This document shows positions 55,331 to 64,000 of a stretch of DNA of 64,000 nt, piece by piece. The notes beneath the pieces are model-generated. The model saw only the letters and a program-made list of their open reading frames with translations. It did no database searches and was not told the origin of the DNA. The stretch comes from Vairimorpha necatrix (lineage: Eukaryota): positions 806,001 through 870,000 of the forward strand of contig CP142726.1 of assembly GCA_036630325.1 (NCBI GenBank), read 5' to 3'. The translations under genes were made by a program, and so were the position numbers. The first letter of the stretch is position 1, and each line of letters starts with the position of its first letter.

Positions 55331-56194
55331 GGCTAATTTTCACTTTATCCCCCCCCTTACCAATATAAATACAGAATTTTTTATTTTTAGCCCTGTTTTT
55401 CAAAAGTCGAAGCGTCCAGAGCGGAAAGGAACAGAGAAAAATTTACATAAGTAAAAAAATGGTCTTATAAATATCTAATTTGAACATAATTTATAAAAAA
55501 TATATTATTTAAACCAATTTAATAATGTTTTCTAATAAACTATGAGTTAAATAGAAGTCTAAATTTGTAAAAATATGTTTTAACCTATTGCTTTCTTTTG
55601 TCATTACATTTAATTTTTGCCAAAGATAAACATGTTTATACACAGTTTATGTTGTTTAAAACAGATTCTAGGTTAGGTTATTCTTAGTTTGGTAGTATAT
55701 TTATTAGTCTTGTTTTTTAGGTTTTTATTGGTTTTTCTAGACAAACAAAGTAAAAATAATGTTATATTTATGCTCTTTTAAGAATTATTGAATCGCATAG
55801 AATGTCAATTTAATAAGATATGTTATATTTTAGCTCCAAAAGTAAAACATTACATGTTTGGGAAATTCTTTAATTCTTGAAAAATATTCATTTATAACAG
55901 CAAATGAACCTTATAAATATTATTTATATAGAGATTTCGTTGTTATACATTGCAATGTACAATAAAGATAAATCTTGATCAATAATTGGAAGAAGGAAAC
56001 TTTTAAAAAATTGAAAAAAAAAAAACGAAAAAACAATTGTTTTATTTTTGGTAAATATGCTATTTTATTACAACTTTATTTTTTTGACTTTTGCTCCTTC
56101 ACATTTTTTCCGCTTCGAATTTCGAAAAAAGGGGATATTTTTTAAAAATTCTCAATTTATATTGGTAAGGGGGGGGATAAAGTGAAAATGCTCC
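55331..56194. mobile_element. Non-autonomous DNA transposon (MITE, 864 bp), probably Merlin-related
   Basis: TIR GG...ATTTTCACTTTATC8TTACCAATATAAAT at both ends; 9-bp TSD AAAGCCTAC (55322-55330, 56195-56203); no long ORF. Confidence 0.9.
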
Positions 56195-56480
56195 AAAGCC
56201 TACTATCTTAAATTTTAAACTAATTTAAAAAATAATCATATTTAATTTTCTGAAATTAAGATATAACTTTTAAAATATATACTGTCAGTTTACTTAAAAC
56301 TAACTTTTGATAGACACAATCATGTATTAATTTTAAAATTATACAAGAAAAATAAATATTACCCAGATTTAATAAATCTAAATTAAAAAGCTTTAAATTA
56401 ATTTTTGAAACAATTTTAATTTTCCATAAATAATTTTTTTCATGAATTTTCTATCCATAAAATTGAGACATGTTTTTTTT

Positions 56481-56546
56481 TTCTAGAATTTTCAAAACTC
56501 CAAATATTTTTTTCTAGAATTTTCTAGAAAAAATAAAACTATAAAA
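56481..56546 (+). promoter_or_regulatory. Heat-shock elements plus TATA-like box of HSP104/ClpB
   Basis: TTCTAGAA at 56481, 56512 and 56522 (inverted nGAAn units); TATAAAA at 56540. Confidence 0.8.
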
Positions 56547-56566
56547 AGACTCAAAAATTTATCCTC

Positions 56567-59095
56567 ATGACAAATCCAAAATTCACAAACAAAGCAAGAG
56601 AACTTATTGAAGAAGCAATTGCAAAAGCACAACTTAATAAAAACACTCAACTAGAACCAGAACATTTACTAAATGTCTTATTAGAAAATTCGAATTCGAT
56701 CTTAAGAAAGGTCTTATCAAAAGAAGAAACAAATATTTGGACTGACAAAATAATCAATAAAATCAATACATTCGGGAAAGCTGGTCAACCAGTTGAGCCA
56801 CAAATGTCTTATAAATTGTCACAAGTATTCAAAACTAATGATGAATTTGTTTCTGTTGACTCTATTTTGATCAATATTCTAAATCTTGACCATATAAAAA
56901 GTTATCTCAGCAATACAGAGGAAATAATAAAAAAGATAAAAAACTTTAGGGGCGATAAAAAGATGGACAATGTCAACGCTGATGATACAGAAAATATTAT
57001 GTCAAAATTCGCAGTTGATATGGTCGACCAAGCTAGACAAAATATTTTTGATCCTGTAATTGGTAGAGAACAAGAAATAAGAGAAATTATAGAAATACTT
57101 TGTAAGAAGACGAAGAGTAATGCGATTATGGTTGGTAAACCAGGTGTAGGTAAGACAGCGATAGTAAATGGCATAGCACAGAGAATTGCGAATGGAGAAG
57201 CTCCAGGATTAAAAAATGCTAAGATTTACAATGTCGACGTAGGCGGAATGGTGGCAGGAGCCTGCCACAGAGGGGATTTTGAACAAAGATTGAAGGATCT
57301 CATAAAAGAAGCAGAGAGCACACCGGGCGTGATTTTGTTTATTGATGAGATACATATTGTATTAGGAGCAGGAAAGACTTCTGACAGTGCCATGGATGCG
57401 GCCAACATGTTGAAACCAGGACTGGCAAATGGGTCTATAAAATGTATAGGAGCTACTACAGAAGACGAGTATAGAAAATATGTAGAATCAGATCCCGCCT
57501 TTGAAAGGAGGTTTGTACAAGTCCCTGTACGAGAGCCATCAATAGAAGATTCAATTACAATGTTAAGAGGAATTAGAGAAAGAATGGAATTACACCACGG
57601 GGTGAAAATAAGTGACAATGCCTTAGTTTACGCTGCAAAATCTTCTAAGCAGTACATTCCGAATAGAAGACTGCCGGACATAGCCATAGATTTAATTGAC
57701 AGTGCATGTGCGAGCGCCGTAATTTCCCTAGAAAGTCAACCCAAAGAAATTTTAGAGGCAAAAAATAAAATTTGGTCACTTGAATTAGAAAAGACGAGTT
57801 TAGAAATGGATCTCAAAAATACACAAGATAAAGAAATTATATATAAAAAACTAGAAGAGGTTCAAAAGAAGATAGAAAATATTAAAGAATCTTTGATACC
57901 TTTAGAGGAAAATTATCTAAATGAGAAAAAGGACATAATCCAGGCAAAAGAATTACGTAAAAAATTAGAAGATACAAAATTGAAACTAATCCAAGCCGAA
58001 AGAGACAGGCAGTCATATTTGGCCTATGATTTGAAGACGAATGTGATCCCAGTATTAGAAGAAGAAATTAAGAAATTGACAGGAGTAGAAATAATTGAGA
58101 CACACCACATAGCAGAGAAGATAAGCAATTGGACAGGAATACCGGTCAAGAGGTTGACTATGAAAGAGAATGAAAGATTATTAGAAATGTCTAGTAGAAT
58201 TAAAAGGAGAATATTTGGGCAAGATGAAGCAGTCAATGCCATTGTGTCTTCAATTCTTCAGTCACGAGTGGGCCTCGCAAGGAAAGACAAGCCCATTGGG
58301 GCATTTTTACTTTTAGGGCCTAGTGGTGTAGGAAAAACTGAGTTGGCCAAGGCAGTGGCCTCTGAATTGTTTGATGATGAGAAGAACATGGTAGTTCTCG
58401 ACATGAGTGACTATGGAAATGAACTATCAGTGACTAAATTAATAGGTGCCTCTGCTGGGTATGTCGGGTACAATGAAGGGGGCACACTTACTGAGCCCAT
58501 AAGAAGAAAGCCTTACAATGTCATCCTTTTGGACGAGGTAGATTTGGCCCACCAGTCTGTGCTCAATGTTTTGTATCAACTACTTGACGAGGGACGAATT
58601 ACAGACGGCAAGGGTGTGGTCGTGGATTACAGGAATTGTGTAATAATTATGACTTCTAATCTTGGTCAACATGTCATAATGAATAGTCCTAGTATAGGAG
58701 AAAAGGAAAGATCAGAACTAGAAGGAATGGTATTACAGAGATTTGGGCCGCCTTTTGTCAACAGAATTGATAATGTCATTTATTTCAACCAATTAGATTT
58801 TAATTGTCTTAGTAAGATTCTTGAATATCAAATTAATGAACTCAACTCGAGACTAGAAGAAAAGAATATGAAATTTGTAATAAGTCAAGCAGTGGCCGAG
58901 GAAATAGTAGTAAAAGCGCATTCATCTGTGTACGGAGCAAGATTGATGAAAAGATTAGTACAGACTCATTTTATAAGTGCACTGACGCAAATATTACTAA
59001 AGAGAACTGACAACTCAATTTTGTTTGTAAAATGCTATGGAACTTATGAAAATCAAGTAGGAGAACAAATAGGGGAGTATGTTTATCAATACTAA
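56567..59095 (+). CDS. ClpB/Hsp104 family AAA+ disaggregase
   Basis: DPVIGRE.EI, GKPGVGKT, LFIDEIH, coiled-coil middle domain, GPSGVGKTE, LLDEV, GARLMKR. Confidence 0.96.
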   Translation: MTNPKFTNKARELIEEAIAKAQLNKNTQLEPEHLLNVLLENSNSILRKVLSKEETNIWTDKIINKINTFGKAGQPVEPQMSYKLSQVFKTNDEFVSVDSILINILNLDHIKSYLSNTEEIIKKIKNFRGDKKMDNVNADDTENIMSKFAVDMVDQARQNIFDPVIGREQEIREIIEILCKKTKSNAIMVGKPGVGKTAIVNGIAQRIANGEAPGLKNAKIYNVDVGGMVAGACHRGDFEQRLKDLIKEAESTPGVILFIDEIHIVLGAGKTSDSAMDAANMLKPGLANGSIKCIGATTEDEYRKYVESDPAFERRFVQVPVREPSIEDSITMLRGIRERMELHHGVKISDNALVYAAKSSKQYIPNRRLPDIAIDLIDSACASAVISLESQPKEILEAKNKIWSLELEKTSLEMDLKNTQDKEIIYKKLEEVQKKIENIKESLIPLEENYLNEKKDIIQAKELRKKLEDTKLKLIQAERDRQSYLAYDLKTNVIPVLEEEIKKLTGVEIIETHHIAEKISNWTGIPVKRLTMKENERLLEMSSRIKRRIFGQDEAVNAIVSSILQSRVGLARKDKPIGAFLLLGPSGVGKTELAKAVASELFDDEKNMVVLDMSDYGNELSVTKLIGASAGYVGYNEGGTLTEPIRRKPYNVILLDEVDLAHQSVLNVLYQLLDEGRITDGKGVVVDYRNCVIIMTSNLGQHVIMNSPSIGEKERSELEGMVLQRFGPPFVNRIDNVIYFNQLDFNCLSKILEYQINELNSRLEEKNMKFVISQAVAEEIVVKAHSSVYGARLMKRLVQTHFISALTQILLKRTDNSILFVKCYGTYENQVGEQIGEYVYQY

Positions 59096-59394
59096 AAGAA
59101 TTCAAAATAAATTTCTTCTTTTATATTTTATATTGCATATATATTTTAGCATTTATTTTGCTTACTTGTTTTTTTAATGTTAACTAACTATTTGATATGT
59201 ATAAATTTGAGGCGCAACATTCAGAGCCCGGTCATTCTATATTTTTATACGTTTTGAATTTGGACTCGAGCCGTGAAATAAAGAAATACATTTTACGCTT
59301 AATAAAGCTCATTAAAGTAGTTTATAAATTTTTAAGAAATTTATTCGCCTTAATTTTTTTTGAGCTTTAAATATCTTAACTTTTTAATAATTTT

Positions 59395-60425
59395 GGCTAA
59401 AGTGAGCTTTAGGTAACAAAAATCGATATAGGGTTTTTTTGTTTTTTTTTGCCCCTTTTTTTCAAAAATGGAGGAAAGAAAATTTGAAGAAAGTAACAAA
59501 AATAAAAATTAGAACAATAAATTTAATAATGCATCAAAAACAGAATTAGTGGAATTTCTTTGAAGCATGTACCTAAATAAATAAAGTTTAGCACTATTTG
59601 CCGACCTATTTCTATTAGGTATAGAAGCTTTGAGGGAACGCCAATTACCTTCTATGGTATTGGTATGAACCCCAGTACTAGGATCTCGAAAGTGTAATGA
59701 GTGGTTAACCATGTGGTGTTCATTGAATATTGTATTCAAAGAATGGTAAGCCCTCCACATATCACTATATATAGTACTTTTCGTACTTACAAATTTCCAT
59801 AAAAGAGCTGTTAACGTTTCTTTATCTCTCTTTTTAATATATATACATATATAAGTATAATTTTGCGTTCGGGAGAACGTTCTATCATACCAAAACACCA
59901 AAATCCATTTACTAATTTACCTCTATGATGTTTGTTTTTTCCAATTTTAGTTTCATCTATTTCTACTATAACTTCTTCTCCGCCTATCTTGTTCAAAGAT
60001 GATAAATATTTATCATAAATGTTTATTTCTTTTTTTTTTTTAAAATGAAGGATATAGAACGTTTAGAACAACCTAAAATTTGACAAATATTCTTACGAGG
60101 ATAGCCAAGAATCCACAAATTAAGTACCTGTAAAATTGTGATATGATCGAGTCTATTGTTTTCAAAGAAAGTGTCTTTCCATATAGATACTGTCTTCTTA
60201 CAGTCCTTCCAAGTACATTTAATGAGGTATTCCCGTTTGCTAACCAAACTCATCCTACCATAACACACAGTACATATTTGGTTCTTTTTTTTTATTAAAC
60301 AAATTATTATATATAGTTTCGATTTCTTCTCTTGTCAGAATTCTTTCCTCCATTTTTGAAAAAAGGGGCAAAAAAAAACAAAAAAACCCTATATCGATTT
60401 TTGTTACCTAAAGCTCACTTTAGCC
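59395..60425 (-). mobile_element. Merlin / IS1595(ISXO2)-like DNA transposon (1031 bp), transposase frameshifted
   Basis: About 85-bp near-perfect TIRs (59395-59480, 60341-60425) starting GGCTAAAGTG; 8-bp TSD ATAATTTT (59387-59394, 60426-60433). Confidence 0.95.
59509..60353 (-). pseudogene. Merlin DDE transposase fragments
   Basis: Zn-ribbon cysteines, VEIDET, KHHRG, WCFGMIER, IYSDMWRAY, VNHS..F.DP.TGVHTNTIEGNW; split over several frames. Confidence 0.92.
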
Positions 60426-62269
60426 ATAATTTTAAAAGAAATTTTACCCTTATTACAACCCTGGACCCGGGAAAATAGATCAGAAATCTTTCTTTGTCTA
60501 AATGAGGCAATACTTTAGGTTTGGATACAAATTTTCCATAAAGCACGATTAAATGTTGCCATAAATCTCAGAGGTTTTGTAGATTGGTTGGTATAGGCTT
60601 AAGTATAGCAAAAACAAACAGTATTAAAAATTCAATTTTGGGGTTGAAAACTTCATTTTCTTACGCCCCGTATGCCATATATAATTATTTATTATTTTGT
60701 GTTCATTCGCTGAAAATCAGTCCACATTACAGGGTGTTGATTCGTTATAGTGTCATGTTTGAATTTTTATGCCCCTTAATATTAAGAATGAAAAGCCACA
60801 ACTACTGAATTAAAAAATAGAGTTTAGAATTGACAAAAGACGAAAAACGATCCAGAGCCGAAATATTGAATATGGTTGATTACTTTTTAAAACAGTTGCA
60901 TCCGTCTTAAGAAAATAGCACAATCAACCTGCCCGACCTACTTCGCAGTCGAATCAAAGCGAAATACTTTCGAATACGGATTGTATTACCGAAAATATAG
61001 TTGATTGAGCAAACGATATGACACTACAAGAAATTTCTGACGTTTAAACACGGACAGGTGTAACTTTGATTATATATTCAATATTGAGCAAACTCAAAAA
61101 ACTCTGTATAACAAAAAGGCCCTTTTTTAATTCCTTCCGAACGTAATTCTCCGTACAGAATGAATAAAAAAGTATCATTTCCACGGTAATTAGCAGGTAC
61201 TCGGCCGACGCCTGTGTTTTTCAATATAATCCCGGGTTCACGCACATACGACACGTGGTTACGGATACCCAAATAATAATTCTTAAGCCTGCAAGAATGT
61301 GCCAGAAAATAATGGCCAAAACATTTAGCTGTATGTGCAAAATTTCAATAAATTGAGCATTGGCATTTTAATTTCAAACTTGGAGCGTATAAATCCGAGA
61401 ATTTTGTGAACTTTGTCGATAATAAATTGTCTATGTTCTTTTGGAAGAATCCTGGATAGTTCTTATAATTTATAATGCTAGTTTTATCAATCGTGAAAAG
61501 TTTTACAAAAATTAGGTAACCTAGGCATCGATCATGGATTTCCGTTATATATTTCTCCATAATTATACCACATCGAAATATTCTTTTCGATGCCAAGGCA
61601 AGATTTTTATCTTTTCATTATGCAGGAATTTAATCGAAACAAGTCCTAATAATGTTTTAAGTTTTGATTATTTCGTGAGTGTCTTGGGGTTATAGAATTA
61701 TTATAGGCTGGCTAGAAAAGGCAAAAGCAAGAGAAGACTTTATTTAATAAACTTTTTTATTATTTTAAATTTCAAATGTTTATGGCACTATAGAAATTTA
61801 AACATGGCAATATAACGATTCAACCCCTGCAAACCAACTTAATTATAAACATAATGAATAAGAAATTATTAATAAAAAACTAGAAATTTAAGAGTTATCA
61901 CTACCCATACAGTATTGAGACAATCTTAATTAGCCTGCTGTCAAACTTAGTGGCTTCGCACTACAAAAAGTCAAAGTTTAACCTTATGTGAAGCCTCAGA
62001 ACTATTTTGATAATGATTTTTATGGCGTCTCAAATAAAAACTTAAATAATAATGCGAATGAAAGCTTCTAACACAGACAAGAGTTTTTAAAATGACTTTG
62101 AAAAGTCTAACTGTGTTAAGCAGACATAGGCTTAATATAGATCACCTAGGGCTATTCGAAAACTTTATGGACTCTTATTAAAAGAACCTGGTGCTGGTAC
62201 CAAGGAAGTGATTTATATTGTGGCTAGAACAATTACAGGTTCATATCTAAATAAACTAAATTTATTTTT

Positions 62270-64000
62270 TCAACACTCAAAAGTATTTACAATCATAAAT
62301 TTCAACATCACAGAAAAAAATTGCTTAGTCTTTTCAAGATCAAAGTCGGAATCCAAGACGACTGCTCCTATTAGAGACTCAAATATGTCACTATAACATT
62401 TACTAATCTTACTCTTCTTATCTCTAGTATCTTCATGTAATCCTGTAAGCGCTAGATCAAAAAGCCCTTCATTCAATAAAATTCTCGCAAATGTGTTATT
62501 GTTTACAAGACCTTTTCTATAAGTGTGTAGTGCTTCAGGATCAGCTTCGGGATATTTATAAAAAATATAATCTGATACATTTAAATCTAAAAAGCAGTCT
62601 CCTATCAATTCAAGTTTCTGGAATCTTTCAGATCCAAACATGTTATCTTTAAACGATGGATGTATCATCGCCTTCTCTAAATAACCTTTATTTTTGAATT
62701 TGTAATTTATTTTTTCTTCGATCATTTGCACATTTTGATATGGCAAAATACCTTCGTACTCACAGAGTAAATAAATACTTTCCTTAGTTTCCGACATTTT
62801 GCGATAACTTAGTGTTTTGGTATGTCTGTCTAAAATGCCCAATTTCTTGATAAAATCAAATGCTTTGTCAAATCCTAATTCTATGTAATGAGCTCCAATC
62901 ATGGACTCTACAATGTCAGCTAACACTTTATTTCCTAATTCATACAATGAATCTTTTGTGTGTTTGATACTAAAATTTTTTACAAAGTTTGCTTGATTAC
63001 TATTCGTAAACACAAACTCTGCGCCTAGGTTTTGCACTAAAGAATGATCTTCTAATTCACTCAGAATAGCAGGCGGCTGGAATAAATGCTCTGAATATTT
63101 GTTAAATGTGAAATATTCTGACAACCCAATCTTCTTCGCAATTCTATACAAATTATCATTACAAACTATATAATCTTTAGTAGTTACAAGTTTATTGAGA
63201 TTGTAACCACATTCTATAAACAAATATTTACTCACAGCATATTTTAAAACTGAGTCTCCGATAAACTCAAGTCTCTCGTAGCCCAAATCGAACTCCCCAT
63301 CATAAACACCTCTTTGTGTAAAGGAAATCGCTAAATTCTCAAGAGAAACTTCCAAATTCATCTTTTCTTTCAATTCGTGGACCAGAGCCATAGTTTCGAA
63401 AACATTAAAAAATTTTACAAATTTTTTATAATCATTTTTTATATTTTTGCTTATAGCAGAGACATGAAATATTTCACCAGAGTTTAACTCGTAGGTGCTT
63501 CCTTTTTTTGCTGAGTAAATAGACGCACCAAAAATAATGTTTGTGTCGTCGATCTGTTTCTCTAATTCTAGTCCATATTTTTCATTAAAATATTCCAGAA
63601 AGGTAGTTTCAGGAGATGGCGGATTTCCATTTACACTTCGTATTCTTTTACAAATGGTTCCGATTTCATCTGTCAATTTCTTTTCACTTTCATTTACATA
63701 TTCGTAAAATTGTTTATTAATCGGATTAAACAACAAGAAAGAACTTAGAATATTTTTGTCTTTTACTTCATAAACTGATCCAAAGAAGAATTTGTTACAC
63801 ATCAAATTCATGTAGTCAAAATCAATATTTCCTGATTTTATAGGTATGACATAATAGGCATATTTTCTATATGACTCTGGTGGAAAAGTTTTTCTTCGGA
63901 AATTTATACTAAAAAAAAATATTTGAAAATTCAATATAACTTTTTTTTCGTTCTCTGTAAAATTAACTTCTTTTAAATAATTTATCTCTGTTTCTTTGTA
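62270..64000 (-). CDS. Dicer-like protein (PAZ-like region and two RNase III domains), 5' end beyond window
   Basis: YERLEFIGDS..K.LADIVES and FQKLELIGD..SDIFESLIGA; TTFLEYFNEKYG; frame is open to the window edge. Confidence 0.93.
   Translation of the reverse strand, partial: YKETEINYLKEVNFTENEKKVILNFQIFFFSINFRRKTFPPESYRKYAYYVIPIKSGNIDFDYMNLMCNKFFFGSVYEVKDKNILSSFLLFNPINKQFYEYVNESEKKLTDEIGTICKRIRSVNGNPPSPETTFLEYFNEKYGLELEKQIDDTNIIFGASIYSAKKGSTYELNSGEIFHVSAISKNIKNDYKKFVKFFNVFETMALVHELKEKMNLEVSLENLAISFTQRGVYDGEFDLGYERLEFIGDSVLKYAVSKYLFIECGYNLNKLVTTKDYIVCNDNLYRIAKKIGLSEYFTFNKYSEHLFQPPAILSELEDHSLVQNLGAEFVFTNSNQANFVKNFSIKHTKDSLYELGNKVLADIVESMIGAHYIELGFDKAFDFIKKLGILDRHTKTLSYRKMSETKESIYLLCEYEGILPYQNVQMIEEKINYKFKNKGYLEKAMIHPSFKDNMFGSERFQKLELIGDCFLDLNVSDYIFYKYPEADPEALHTYRKGLVNNNTFARILLNEGLFDLALTGLHEDTRDKKSKISKCYSDIFESLIGAVVLDSDFDLEKTKQFFSVMLKFMIVNTFEC

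Noticed and set aside
59208-59280. tRNA-like GC patch after ClpB
   Set aside because: No cloverleaf or TTCGA T-loop; no tRNA or rRNA gene was recognised anywhere in the window

Overview
AT-rich, nearly intron-free eukaryotic DNA with short intergenic spacers and CCC/GGG motifs just upstream of start codons. This architecture, plus a polar-tube-protein-3-like gene, points to a microsporidian, probably Nosema/Vairimorpha-like (inference). A gene-dense housekeeping core (about 15.7-54 kb) includes TatD, a septin, a TBC GAP, Myb, a proteasome alpha subunit, NOT4, RPS19, PUS3, eIF1, RLI1, APN1, two syntaxins, TRM8, NEK, SF3B2, eEF2, SEC13 and PTP3. It is flanked by TE-rich zones. These hold a very compact Ty3/gypsy element (3574 bp, identical 110-bp LTRs, 5-bp TSD, tRNA-Ser-type PBS), a decayed MULE, a MITE with a 9-bp TSD, and a Merlin/ISXO2 element with about 85-bp TIRs and an 8-bp TSD that lies about 1.8 kb from a Dicer gene. 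Not in the ORF track: a minus-strand RNase P RNA gene (about 36819-37042) and heat-shock elements before HSP104/ClpB. The most striking theme is that TE terminal repeats carry the host-type CCC+ATG start signal. gag starts inside the LTR, and both Merlin TIRs contain CCCC..ATG pointing inward, a possible built-in dsRNA source. All protein calls are from motif recognition by eye; no database searches were run.
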